In this document: piece by piece, positions 24,701 to 34,699 of the stretch | How positions within the stretch are numbered: the stretch's first letter is position 1 | Layout: every line of letters starts with the position of its first letter | Source: Eledone cirrhosa | Taxonomy: Eukaryota | Reading direction: 5' to 3' | NCBI GenBank assembly: GCA_964016885.1 | Contig: OZ024756.1 | Coordinates: 12,896,001 to 12,960,000 of the forward strand | Length of the DNA stretch: 64,000 bases | Program-made: the position numbers and the translations under genes | The notes under the pieces: model-generated | What the model was told of the DNA's origin: nothing | What the model saw: only the letters and a program-made list of their open reading frames with translations | Databases searched by the model: none

Positions 24701-27700
24701 TACTACCTACTACTACTGTTAAGGACCTCTCAGTGACTACACTGACTTACTACCTACTACTACTGTTAAGGACCTCTTAGTGACTACACTGACTTACTAC
24801 CAACTACTACTGTTAAGGACCTCTCAGTGACTACACTGACTTACTACCTACTACTACTGTTAAGGACCTCTCAGTGACTACACTGACTTACTACCTACTA
24901 CTACCACTGTTAAGGACCTCTCAGTGACTACACTGACTTACTACCTACTACTACTGTTAAGGACCTCTCAGTGACTACACTGACTTACTACCGACTACTA
25001 CTGTTAAGGACCTCTCAGTGACTACACTGACTTACTACCTACTACTACAGTTAAGGACCTCTCAGTGACTACACTGACTTACTACCTACTACTACTGTTA
25101 AGGACCTCTTAGTGACTACACTGACTTACTACCGACTACTACTGTTAAGGACCTCTCAGTGACTACACTGATTTACTACCGACTACTACTGTTAAGGACC
25201 TCTCAGTGACTACACTGACTTACTACCGACTACTAAAGTTAAGGACCTCTCAGTGACTGCACTGACTTACTACCGACTACTACTGTTAAGGACCTCTCAG
25301 TGAGTACACTGACTTACTACCTACTACTACTGTTAAGGACCTCTCAGTGACTACACTGACTTACTACCTACTACTACTGTTAAGGACCTCTCAGTGACTA
25401 CACTGACTTACTACCTACTACTACTGTTAAGGACCTCTCAGTGACTACACTGACTTACTACCGACTACTACTGTTAAGGACCTCTCAGTGACTGCACTGA
25501 CTTATTATCTACTACTACTGTTAAGGACCTCTCAGTGACTACACTGACTTACTACCTACTACTACTGTTAAGGACCTCTCAGTGACTACACTGACTTACT
25601 ACCTACTACTACTGTTAAGGACCTCTCAGTGACTACACTGACTTACTACCTACTACTACTGTTAAGGACCTCTCAGTGACTACACTGATTTACTACCGAC
25701 TACTACTGTTAAGGACCTCTCAGTGACTGCACTGACTTACTACCTACTACTACTGTTAAGGACCTCTCAGTGACTACACTGACTTACTACCGACTACTAA
25801 TGTTAAGGACCTCTCAGTGACTACACTGATTTACTACCGACTACTACTGTTAAGGACCTCTCAGTGACTGCACTGATTTACTACCGACTACTAATGTTAA
25901 GGACCTCTCAGTGACTACACTGACTTACTACCGACTACTAATGTTAAGGACCTCTCAGTGACTACACTGACTTACTACCTACTACTACTGTTAAGGACCT
26001 CTCAGTGACTACACTGACTTACTACCTACTACTACTGTTAAGGACCTCTCAGTGACTACACTGACTTACTACCTACTACTACTGTTAAGGACCTCTCAGT
26101 GAGTACACTGACTTACTACCTACTACTACTGTTAAGGTCCTCTCAGTGAGTACACTGACTTACTACCTACTACTACTGTTAAGGACCTCTCAGTGAGTAC
26201 ACTGACTTACTACCGACTACTACTGTTAAGGACCTCTCAGTGACTACACTGACTTACTACCGACTACTACTGTTAAGGACCTCTCAGTGACTACACTGAC
26301 TTACTACCTACTACTACTGTTAAGGACCTCTCAGTGAGTACACTGACTTACTACCTACTACTACTGTTAAGGACCTCTCAGTGACTACACTGACTTACTA
26401 CCTACTACTACTGTTAAGGACCTCTGTGACTACACTGACTTACTACCGACTACTACTGTTAAGGACCTCTCAGTGAGTACACTGACTTACTACCTACTAC
26501 TACTGTTAAGGACCTCTGTGACTACACTGACTTACTACCGACTACTACTGTTAAGGACCTCAGTGACTGCACTGACTTACTACCTACTACTACTGTTAAG
26601 GACCTCTCAGTGACTACACTGACTTACTACCGACTACTAATGTTAAGGACCTCTCAGTGACTACACTGATTTACTACCGACTACTAATGTTAAGGACCTC
26701 TCAGTGACTACACTGATTTACTACCGACTACTACTGTTAAGGACCTCTCAGTGACTGCACTGATTTACTACCGACTACTAATGTTAAGGACCTCTCAGTG
26801 ACTACACTGACTTACTACCGACTACTAATGTTAAGGACCTCTCAGTGACTACACTGACTTACTACCTACTACTACTGTTAAGGACCTCTCAGTGACTACA
26901 CTGACTTACTACCGACTACTACAGTTAAGGACCTCTCAGTGACTACACTGACTTACTACCGACTACTACTGTTAAGGTCCTCTCAGTGACTACACTGACT
27001 TACTACCTACTACTACTGTTAAGGACCTCTCAGTGACTACACTGACTTACTACCGACTACTACTGTTAAGGACCTCTGTGACTACACTGACTTACTACCT
27101 ACTACGACTGTTAAGGACCTCTCAGTGACTACACTGACTTACTACCGACTACTACTGTTAAGGACCTCTCAGTGACTACACTGACTTACTACCGACTACT
27201 ACTGTTAAGGACCTCTCAGTGACTACACTGACTTACTACCTACTACGACTGTTAAGGACCTCTCAGTGACTACACTGACTTACTACCTACTACTACTGTT
27301 AAGGACCTCTCAGTGACTACACTGACTTACTACCTACTACGACTGTTAAGGACCTCTCAGTGACTACACTGACTTACTACCGACTACTACTGTTAAGGAC
27401 CTCTCAGTGACTACACTGACTTACTACCTACTACCACTGTTAAGGACCTCTCAGTGACTACACTGACTTACTACCTACTACGACTGTTAAGGACCTCTCA
27501 GTGACTACACTGACTTACTACCTACTACTACTGTTAAGGACCTCTCAGTGACTACACTGACTTACTACCTACTACTACTGTTAAGGACCTCTCAGTGACT
27601 ACACTGACTTACTACTGTTAAGGACCTCTCAGTGACTGCACTGACTTACTACCGACTACTAATGTTAAGGACCTCTCAGTGATTACACTGACTTACTACC

Positions 27701-29991
27701 GACTACTACTGTTAAGGACCTCTCAGTGACTACACTGACTTACTACCGACTACTAATGTTAAGGACCTCTCAGTGACTACACTGACTTACTACCGACTAC
27801 TAATGTTAAGGACCTCTCAGTGACTACACTGACTTACTACCGACTACTACTGTTAAGGACCTCTCAGTGACTACACTGACTTACTACCTACTACTACTGT
27901 TAAGGACCTCTCAGTGACTACACTGACTTACTACCTACTACTACTGTTAAGGACCTCTTAGTGACTACACTGACTTACTACCAACTACTACTGTTAAGGA
28001 CCTCTCAGTGACTACACTGACTTACTACCTACTACTACTGTTAAGGACCTCTCAGTGACTACACTGACTTACTACCTACTACTACCACTGTTAAGGACCT
28101 CTCAGTGACTACACTGACTTACTACCTACTACTACTGTTAAGGACCTCTCAGTGACTACACTGACTTACTACCGACTACTACTGTTAAGGACCTCTCAGT
28201 GACTACACTGACTTACTACCTACTACTACAGTTAAGGACCTCTCAGTGACTACACTGACTTACTACCTACTACTACTGTTAAGGACCTCTTAGTGACTAC
28301 ACTGACTTACTACCGACTACTACTGTTAAGGACCTCTCAGTGACTACACTGATTTACTACCGACTACTACTGTTAAGGACCTCTCAGTGACTACACTGAC
28401 TTACTACCGACTACTAAAGTTAAGGACCTCTCAGTGACTGCACTGACTTACTACCGACTACTACTGTTAAGGACCTCTCAGTGAGTACACTGACTTACTA
28501 CCTACTACTACTGTTAAGGACCTCTCAGTGACTACACTGACTTACTACCTACTACTACTGTTAAGGACCTCTCAGTGACTACACTGACTTACTACCTACT
28601 ACTACTGTTAAGGACCTCTCAGTGACTACACTGACTTACTACCGACTACTACTGTTAAGGACCTCTCAGTGACTGCACTGACTTATTATCTACTACTACT
28701 GTTAAGGACCTCTCAGTGACTACACTGACTTACTACCTACTACTACTGTTAAGGACCTCTCAGTGACTACACTGACTTACTACCTACTACTACTGTTAAG
28801 GACCTCTCAGTGACTACACTGACTTACTACCTACTACTACTGTTAAGGACCTCTCAGTGACTACACTGATTTACTACCGACTACTACTGTTAAGGACCTC
28901 TCAGTGACTGCACTGACTTACTACCTACTACTACTGTTAAGGACCTCTCAGTGACTACACTGACTTACTACCGACTACTAATGTTAAGGACCTCTCAGTG
29001 ACTACACTGATTTACTACCGACTACTACTGTTAAGGACCTCTCAGTGACTGCACTGATTTACTACCGACTACTAATGTTAAGGACCTCTCAGTGACTGCA
29101 CTGATTTACTACCGACTACTAATGTTAAGGACCTCTCAGTGACTACACTGACTTACTACCTACTACTACTGTTAAGGACCTCTCAGTGACTACACTGACT
29201 TACTACCTACTACTACTGTTAAGGACCTCTCAGTGACTACACTGACTTACTACCTACTACTACTGTTAAGGACCTCTCAGTGAGTACACTGACTTACTAC
29301 CTACTACTACTGTTAAGGACCTCTCAGTGAGTACACTGACTTACTACCTACTACTACTGTTAAGGACCTCTCAGTGACTACACTGACTTACTACCTACTA
29401 CTACTGTTAAGGACCTCTGTGACTACACTGACTTACTACCGACTACTACTGTTAAGGACCTCTCAGTGAGTACACTGACTTACTACCTACTACTACTGTT
29501 AAGGACCTCTGTGACTACACTGACTTATTATCTACTACTACTGTTAAGGACCTCTGTGACTACACTGACTTACTACCGACTACTACTGTTAAGGACCTCT
29601 CAGTGACTACACTGACTTACTACCTACTACTACTGTTAAGGACCTCTGTGACTACACTGACTTACTACCGACTACTACTGTTAAGGACCTCTCAATAACT
29701 GCACTGACTTTGCATGCACCTGATAGAGAATATTTGTTGGCGTATTTCAATCAGTCTGTCACCAACACTAGCAACAAACGGTCAGGTAGATTCTTTTGCA
29801 ACAAATCTCCAATATTCCTTTGGAATCCCTCAATGATGCCTGTGAAATCCGAAATATAGGGACCAATAAATCTCTTCCAAGGTAACTTCATCACTGGGTT
29901 TCATTTTGTTTTACATTTCTCTTCCTACGGCCACCATATTTTGTTACCCAGAGATTTACCAATCTGTATTGTAGAGGCTTCCAAAACAACC

Positions 29992-30032
<41 letters not shown>

Positions 30033-32442
30033 GTAAACATTGTTTTTTTTTTCGACAAGCTGACTCACTAAATGATACAAAATTGGGAATTGAATTCTCT
30101 GATAAATCTAATCGGATTAGCTTTTCTTGATCTTCTTTAGTTGCATAGTAAATGTTGATCCCCTAACTGTGATGTCATATTCATGTTACTTATATTATAT
30201 ATATATATATATATATACTGTTTATTTTCCAGTATGTTCCAGTGGATTATCGTATCCATTGCCACTGTTTCACCAAATCCTTCAAGTATGCAAAGGAATG
30301 GCTGTCCTACTTCCCAAACCTCTTCATTGGCCTCACCCCTCTGGTCACATACCCGTCAGCCCTTGAGGTACATAATACAGCCTACCACATTCCTCTTGAC
30401 CGACTCCTCCTTGAGACAGACTCACCATACTTTGTACCAAGACTTGTAAGTTTTTTAGCGTCTTTTTACTTTGATTTGGTTGTTGTTAACATCAGACCTG
30501 TTCTAGTGCAACTTGCTACATTTCCTCTCCCACTTATTCCTGAGAGGCTCGTGGGGGCAGAGTCTCCAAGTCTCCAAACATTCCCTCCAGCAGCAACCAT
30601 CTCCAACTGATCCAGCTGGATCCCCAAGCTCATGGATGTTAGCCAACCATCTTGCTCGAAGTCTACCTCTGGGTCTCCTACCAGTTTTGCCTGTAAAATC
30701 TGTCCAGCGATTCTTTCCTGAGACATTCTAACCACATGGCCATAGTATCGGAGCTGTGCTCTCTCAATTCAGAGAAGTAGCAGAGAGATAAGAGGTTGCT
30801 ACACTCCAAATGAAATGTGTAATATATCAATCTTTGTTTAGCCCAATATCAGTCCAGTTTGTGTAAAGACTGTTGATCAAAGGCAGTCAGGCCCTCAAGT
30901 TATCCTGTCTTTACACAATAAAACCACCCAGTACACTCTGTAAAGTGGTTGGTGATAGGAAGGGTTTCCAGCCATAGCAAACCTACCAAACAAAGGCTTG
31001 AGAGGATCCCTCAGTCATGTCAAAGACATGACAACATCCCTAGTGTTGGCGAACTACACGATAAACACACCTAGTACACCCTCATCATCATCATCATTTC
31101 ATTTTACGTCCGCTTTTTCCCTGCTTGCAAGGGTGGGACGGGAACCGATTCTGGCTTGATTTCTACAGCTGGATGCCCTTCCTAACACCAACCTCATTTA
31201 CAGTGAGTGCTGGTTGCTTTTTTGCTGTGGCACCTACACAACCACTTTGCAGTGGAATGATAGGGACCCCAGTCCCTATCATCTCATTTCTACAGCTGAG
31301 TAAACTGGAGCAATGTGAAATAAAGTGTCTTGCTCAAGGAAACAACACATCACCCGGTCTGAGAATTGAACTCACAACCTTTCGATTGCAAGGCCAATGC
31401 TCTAACCACTAAGCCATGTGCCTCCATTAGTGGTTATTGATAGGAAGGGTTTCTGGCTATAGAAAACCTGTCAAACACAGGGTCAAGAGGACTCGTGAGC
31501 TGTGTCAAGGACATAACAACCTCCCTAGTGCCACAATAAAATGTGTTTGGTAGAATGTGGGGTCATATGTAAGCGAACCATAGGCCACTAAACCATCTGA
31601 CAGGGGATTAGGGTGAAAGATCATTAGATGCAGGCTTCTAGCTCACTGTGGTGTCTGTACCTCCTCTTTGAGTAACCACTAGTCAGCTGCTGACCCTTCC
31701 AATTCTTGCTAGCTGGGAAAGTGGATGTTAAATGACGATGACAATGATGTCTTGTTGAATGTATAGTATATCTATGATTACCTTCAGGGGGTCATATTTT
31801 TATGTATTCATTGATTTACTTTTTCAGCTAGTCATGCTGAGTTTTTATTTCTAAAAGAGTATAACAAGTAGAATCTGTTTTTAAAAGAGTTAGCAGTAGC
31901 ACTGGAGGTGTTTGGCTATTATATTAAACAAATCAATTTACAAGGTTCCTCACAAGTTTATCTATGTATTTCTAATTTACAAGCAGTTTGATGGGACATT
32001 TAGTTGCTGTATTAAACGGATTGACTTCATAGAAGTCATCTTACCTCATTGTGTCATTATTAATGTTACTAAAAAGGCAGTGGATTGGTAAAATTGTTAG
32101 AGCATCAGATAAAATACTGTTGCGGTATTTGTTCTGGTTCTTTATATTCTGAGTTCAAACCCTTCCAAGGTAAACTTTGGCTTTCATCCCTCCAGGGGTC
32201 AATAAAGTAAAGTACAAATCAATTCAACTGACTTTCTCCCCCACTTATTTATGCTACTGACCATATCCACTCCTAATAACAATTCTTGTTCTTGTTGACA
32301 GGTACCGCGGGGCTATATGAAGTTCTCTCATCCAGGGTTTGCAGTTACTGTAGCATTTGAAGTGGCCCAACTAAAAAATGTCCTCATTGATGTGGTACTA
32401 AAACACTGCTGGCAGAACACGAAGAAGATGTATGGCATCTGA
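9666..32442 (+). CDS. TATDN2: TatD-family deoxyribonuclease, TATDN2-like; join(9666..9712 tentative,16064..17352,19077..19245,19552..19681,30233..30445,32302..32442), about 662 aa
   Basis: Splice phases are compatible across all junctions (1989 nt). Long Ser/basic low-complexity N-terminus, then the TatD motifs FIDSHCH, GCHP, GEIGLDY, PLVIHCRE, IHCHCF and LLETDSPYF, all intact. Confidence 0.85.
10256..10444 (-). mobile_element. Full-length SINE family A with 15-bp TSD
   Basis: TCAGTGTAAAATAAT is duplicated at 10241-10255 and 10445-10459. Confidence 0.9.
10540..10692 (-). mobile_element. SINE family A fragment with internal inversion
   Basis: ctcggcggtatttgaactca is followed about 14 nt later by its inverse tgagttcaaatcccgccgag. 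Confidence 0.7.
10730..11700 (-). mobile_element. Ty3/Gypsy LTR-retrotransposon pol fragment (RT and RNase H), frameshifted
   Basis: TFQRFID..YAHIDDLLVAS..FLGH..LREFLGLVNFYRRFIP (RT); VLADAPDSRVGGVLQQ..PVSFFSKRL..RELLA..YTDHKPL (RNase H). Confidence 0.9.
12097..12116. promoter_or_regulatory. Adjacent ETS-like and NRF1-like motifs (possible housekeeping promoter)
   Basis: CATCCGGT (ACCGGATG on the minus strand) directly followed by TGCACATGCGCA, in unique sequence upstream of the TatD exons. Motif match only. Confidence 0.3.
12574..12773. mobile_element. hAT (Charlie-type) MITE, 200 bp
   Basis: TIRs CAGACATGTCAAAC / GTTTGACATGCTTG; perfect 8-bp TSD GTTTAGAG at 12566-12573 and 12774-12781. 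Confidence 0.85.
13548..13900 (+). mobile_element. Short 3' fragment of the same Tx1-like LINE family
   Basis: GEALINFFRFHLRREIRVEREVLPSKQFVERWVREASMAQVNGPTLSVNL* matches the C-termini of the 6517-9433 copies; begins right after a (TAT)n(GAT)n run. Confidence 0.8.
14770..15820 (-). mobile_element. Decayed RTE-like LINE RT fragment
   Basis: Minus strand reads GVQQGSVLSPLLFIL..PWGLLYVDDLV..GLRVNLAKTK..GK.PC..CRK; homologous to 57085-57990. Confidence 0.75.
16064..17352 (+). CDS. TATDN2: TatD gene large exon (low-complexity N-terminus and start of the TatD domain)
   Basis: Acceptor tttcag at 16063, donor G|GTAAC at 17353; open for 1289 nt; ends FIDSHCHVDFLF...CIAVFCEPKSFIPD. Confidence 0.88.
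17449..17656 (+). mobile_element. piggyBac-type MITE (TTAA-specific), copy A
   Basis: CCCTTTAGCATTTA...TAAATGTTAAAGGG followed by TTAA. Confidence 0.8.
18167..18450. repeat. 45-bp minisatellite, 5-6 copies
   Basis: Unit acaggtgtggtacatacttcaatatatacctgccattacactcct; 15-aa periodicity in the overlapping ORFs. Confidence 0.9.
19077..19245 (+). CDS. TATDN2: TatD gene exon
   Basis: ctacag| ...GLWKSLNNESEMWFAMGCHPKNVESF..KVVAVGEIGLDYSG |gtaag. Confidence 0.93.
19552..19681 (+). CDS. TATDN2: TatD gene exon
   Basis: cctag| FWETASLQKKVFIHQIKLALAVQKPLVIHCREAQDDCLYILKK |gttagt. Confidence 0.93.
19995..20950 (+). mobile_element. Penelope-like element fragment (GIY-YIG endonuclease), interrupted by a MITE and a SINE
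   Basis: SVLFVDATPGG..IKVVEMPGTSIKSLISKTYPF |MITE| KKCVICKVSPQINCKTRNVVYGI*CTEGVC..MYIGE..SVLYEHARLRH..RQIKEATEIELRKPRLNRKHEW. Confidence 0.8.
20163..20575 (+). mobile_element. piggyBac-type MITE copy B containing a SINE A insertion (20355-20541, minus)
   Basis: TTAA on both sides (20159-62 and 20576-79); the SINE is flanked by a 19-bp TSD ATAGTATATATAAAATAAT (20336-20354 and 20542-20560). Confidence 0.88.
21383..29709. repeat. 8.3-kb intronic minisatellite, 47-bp unit, about 175 copies
   Basis: Unit gttaaggacctctcagtgactacactgacttactacctactactact; highly homogeneous with no unique spacers. Confidence 0.98.
30233..30445 (+). CDS. TATDN2: TatD gene exon
   Basis: ttccag| YVPVDYRIHCHCFTKSF..FIGLTPLVTY..IPLDRLLLETDSPYFVPRL |gtaag; 213 nt, phase 0-0. 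Confidence 0.94.
30560..30805 (-). mobile_element. RTE LINE 3' fragment
   Basis: Matches 34780-35020 (IERAQLRYYGHVVRMSQERIA). Confidence 0.75.
31085..31425 (-). mobile_element. tRNA-derived CORE-like SINE family B
   Basis: Head ggaggcacatggcttagtggttagagc..gagttcaattctc (A and B boxes), CORE-like ccttgagcaagacactt, tail aggaagggcatccagctgtagaaa..(atg)n. Confidence 0.8.
32075..32222 (+). mobile_element. Diverged SINE family A copy
   Basis: ggattggtaaaattgttagagc..ctgagttcaaaccc..ctttcatccctccaggggtcaataaagtaaagtac. Confidence 0.65.
32302..32442 (+). CDS. TATDN2: TatD gene last coding exon
   Basis: gacag| VPRGYMKFSHPGFAVTVAFEVAQLKNVLIDVVLKHCWQNTKKMYGI*; candidate AATAAA at 32650-32655. Confidence 0.92.
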   Translation, partial: VPRGYMKFSHPGFAVTVAFEVAQLKNVLIDVVLKHCWQNTKKMYGI

Positions 32443-32829
32443 AAGGTTTATCTGTGGTAGTTCACCAGCTTTATAGATTGATGTGTGTGTATATATATAT
32501 ATATATATATACACACACATGTACATACAGACTTATATTTGCACAATTCCAAAACAACTGTAAAGTTTTACATTCTATGAAATAATTATACTAAAAAAAT
32601 AAGTAATTTTTAAGATGGTTTTGTTTTAATTTTTCTTTATATACTTTAAAATAAAATTTATGTTTGTTGTTGATTAAGATGATAGAGAATGTCACCAGAT
32701 AGTGTAAGAAGTAAACTACAACCAGTGATTTTTTTTTTTTTTTTTTTTTTTGTTAATCACCACAGCAGTAAACTAGACATACAGTGAAAAAATGTAGATA
32801 CTACCAAATACATCTCTTATGTACACTTA

Positions 32830-33090
32830 TCTACAAAAGAACCAAACTGCCACTGCCACCTTCTCTCACTATTGTTAGGAAATGTGTGCTCATGCACTGG
32901 CTGTGGTGGACAGAATAGAGAAGGCATTTCCCTGGAGGATGGTGAGAGAGGCAAGCTGGAAGAGCCATTCCAGCTTGCTAGACTCACACCTGTGGGAAGC
33001 CAACTCTGTGCCGATGGTGGTGAGCAGTAAGGTGGTCCTAGGGACAAGGACACCAGCAATAGCCATCACATCTTTTTTAGGCACAGTGCA
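32830..33090 (-). mobile_element. Third, more diverged CRE-clade 3' fragment
   Basis: ORF 32890-33084: AGVLVPRTTLLLTTIGTELASHRCESSKLEWLFQLASLTILQGNAFSIL, a variant of WLFQRxSLAIxRGNA. Confidence 0.6.
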
Positions 33091-33120
33091 TCTAAGATTA
33101 CATTATTCAACATAACATAA

Positions 33121-33305
33121 GGGTGGTGGATTGGCAGTATCAGTAAAGCAACAGACGCCATAGCATAGAGTTATGGCCCTTCGCGTTCTGAGTTCAAATT
33201 CTGCCGAGGTTAACTTTGCCTTCCATCCTTATGGGGGAATAAAATAAAGCACCAGTAATACACTGGGGTAATTGCTGGCCTTGTGCTAAAAGTTGAAACA
33301 ATTAT
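33121..33305 (+). mobile_element. Full-length SINE family A
   Basis: gggtggtggattggcagtatc...gttgaaacaattatt; flanks attattcaacata / attattcaaaata suggest a TSD. Confidence 0.85.
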
Positions 33306-33848
33306 TCAAAATATCGTTCCTCTTAAGATTGTAAGGTAGGAATTTGAAGGATATTTAGCTGTCATTTCTTGGAGGTATCTTCTCTCGATGGCTTGTTGTC
33401 CTGCTGTGTTGTAATGTACATGTGAAATGTAATACTGTGTACCACTAATATGTGTGTATGTATGTCTATTGTGGTAATTTGAAATACATTTTTGTTATTC
33501 TGCCCATAAAAACACACAAACAGGCTGCTGTTTCACAACACAACCATCATATTCTCAACAAGTTTTTTTTTTCTCTAAGACCCACCAGATTGTAGTGGGG
33601 AACTCTGTCAAAGGTCTTCTCCCGGTCTACAAATGTGTTAAGAGGTGGATGGAGGTGAAGGTGGTGCATACTGTATATATGCTTCAGCCTGGGCTCATGG
33701 GAAGGTGGGTCTTTTGTATTACTGCATAACACCAGCGATCTCAAGTCATCGCCTTTGAGAGGTGCAATTGTGCAGGGTCAGCTTTTATCACCTCGTCCCA
33801 AGTTTTCCTTGTGTATGCATATATATATATATATATATATATATAGAT

Positions 33849-34170
33849 GGAGGCACATGGCTTAGTGGTTAGAGCATTGGCCTTGCAATCAGAAGGTTGA
33901 GAGTTCAATTCTCAGACCGGGTGATGTTTCCTTGAGCAAGACACTTTATTTCAAATTGCTCCAGTTTACTCAGCTGTAGAAATGAGATGATAAGGACCCC
34001 AGTCCCTATCATTCCACTGCAAAGTGGTCGTGGAGGTGCCACGGCAAAAAAGCACCCAGCACTCAATGAGGTTGGTGTTAGGAAGGGCATCCAGCTGTAG
34101 AAATCAAGCCAGAATCAGTTCCCGTCCCACCCTTGCAAACAGGGAAAAACGGATGTAAAATGAAATGATA
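33849..34170 (+). mobile_element. SINE family B, inverted relative to 31085-31425
   Basis: Near-identical reverse complement of 31085-31425; embedded in (TA)n. Confidence 0.82.
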
Positions 34171-34699
34171 TATATATACAGTGGCTTATCTTAGCTACGT
34201 ACCTCTCCTGCAGTTGTCTCACAAGTAACAAAGCATCAATAGTATTACTCCTACCTGGAATGAAGCTGAAATGTATTCATATAATGTAATTCTATTTCTT
34301 ATTAGATGTGCTATAATTTCTGTAACCTTCACAACCCAGTCCATCAACTTGATGCCACTAGTTACTGCTCTCTCATGTGCATCTGCTGAACATAAAGTTA
34401 ATTTGCTTGCAGGCCCATGTGTGCACTTCCTTTCAAAGAACTCTCTCTCTCTATATATATATACACGCACGAGGGAAGATTTGGGATGTGGTAATAGTTG
34501 ACCTTGAACAGTTGCACCTCTCATCAGTCCAGGCTGAAGCATACAGTATGCACCACCTTCACTTCTATCCACGCCCTAACCCTCTGCCCATTATCTACCT
34601 CCCCAATCCCCCAGCATGCACTGTAAACTGATCATAGATCGTTTCCACTAATTATCTTCAACATTTTCAAGGGAAACAACTAACACTATTTTTATCTTA

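Noticed and set aside
21383-29709. CRISPR-like array (regular repeats with an internal palindrome)
   Set aside because: Units abut with no unique spacers, there are no cas genes, and the array lies in a spliceosomal intron; it is a minisatellite. The same applies to 43552-46503 and 49975-53742.
31345-31425. tRNA-Ala(TGC)-like gene (also 33849-33925)
   Set aside because: A and B boxes are present, but the acceptor stem is poor and the sequence continues into a CORE-like body and LINE-derived tail in both copies; it is a SINE head.
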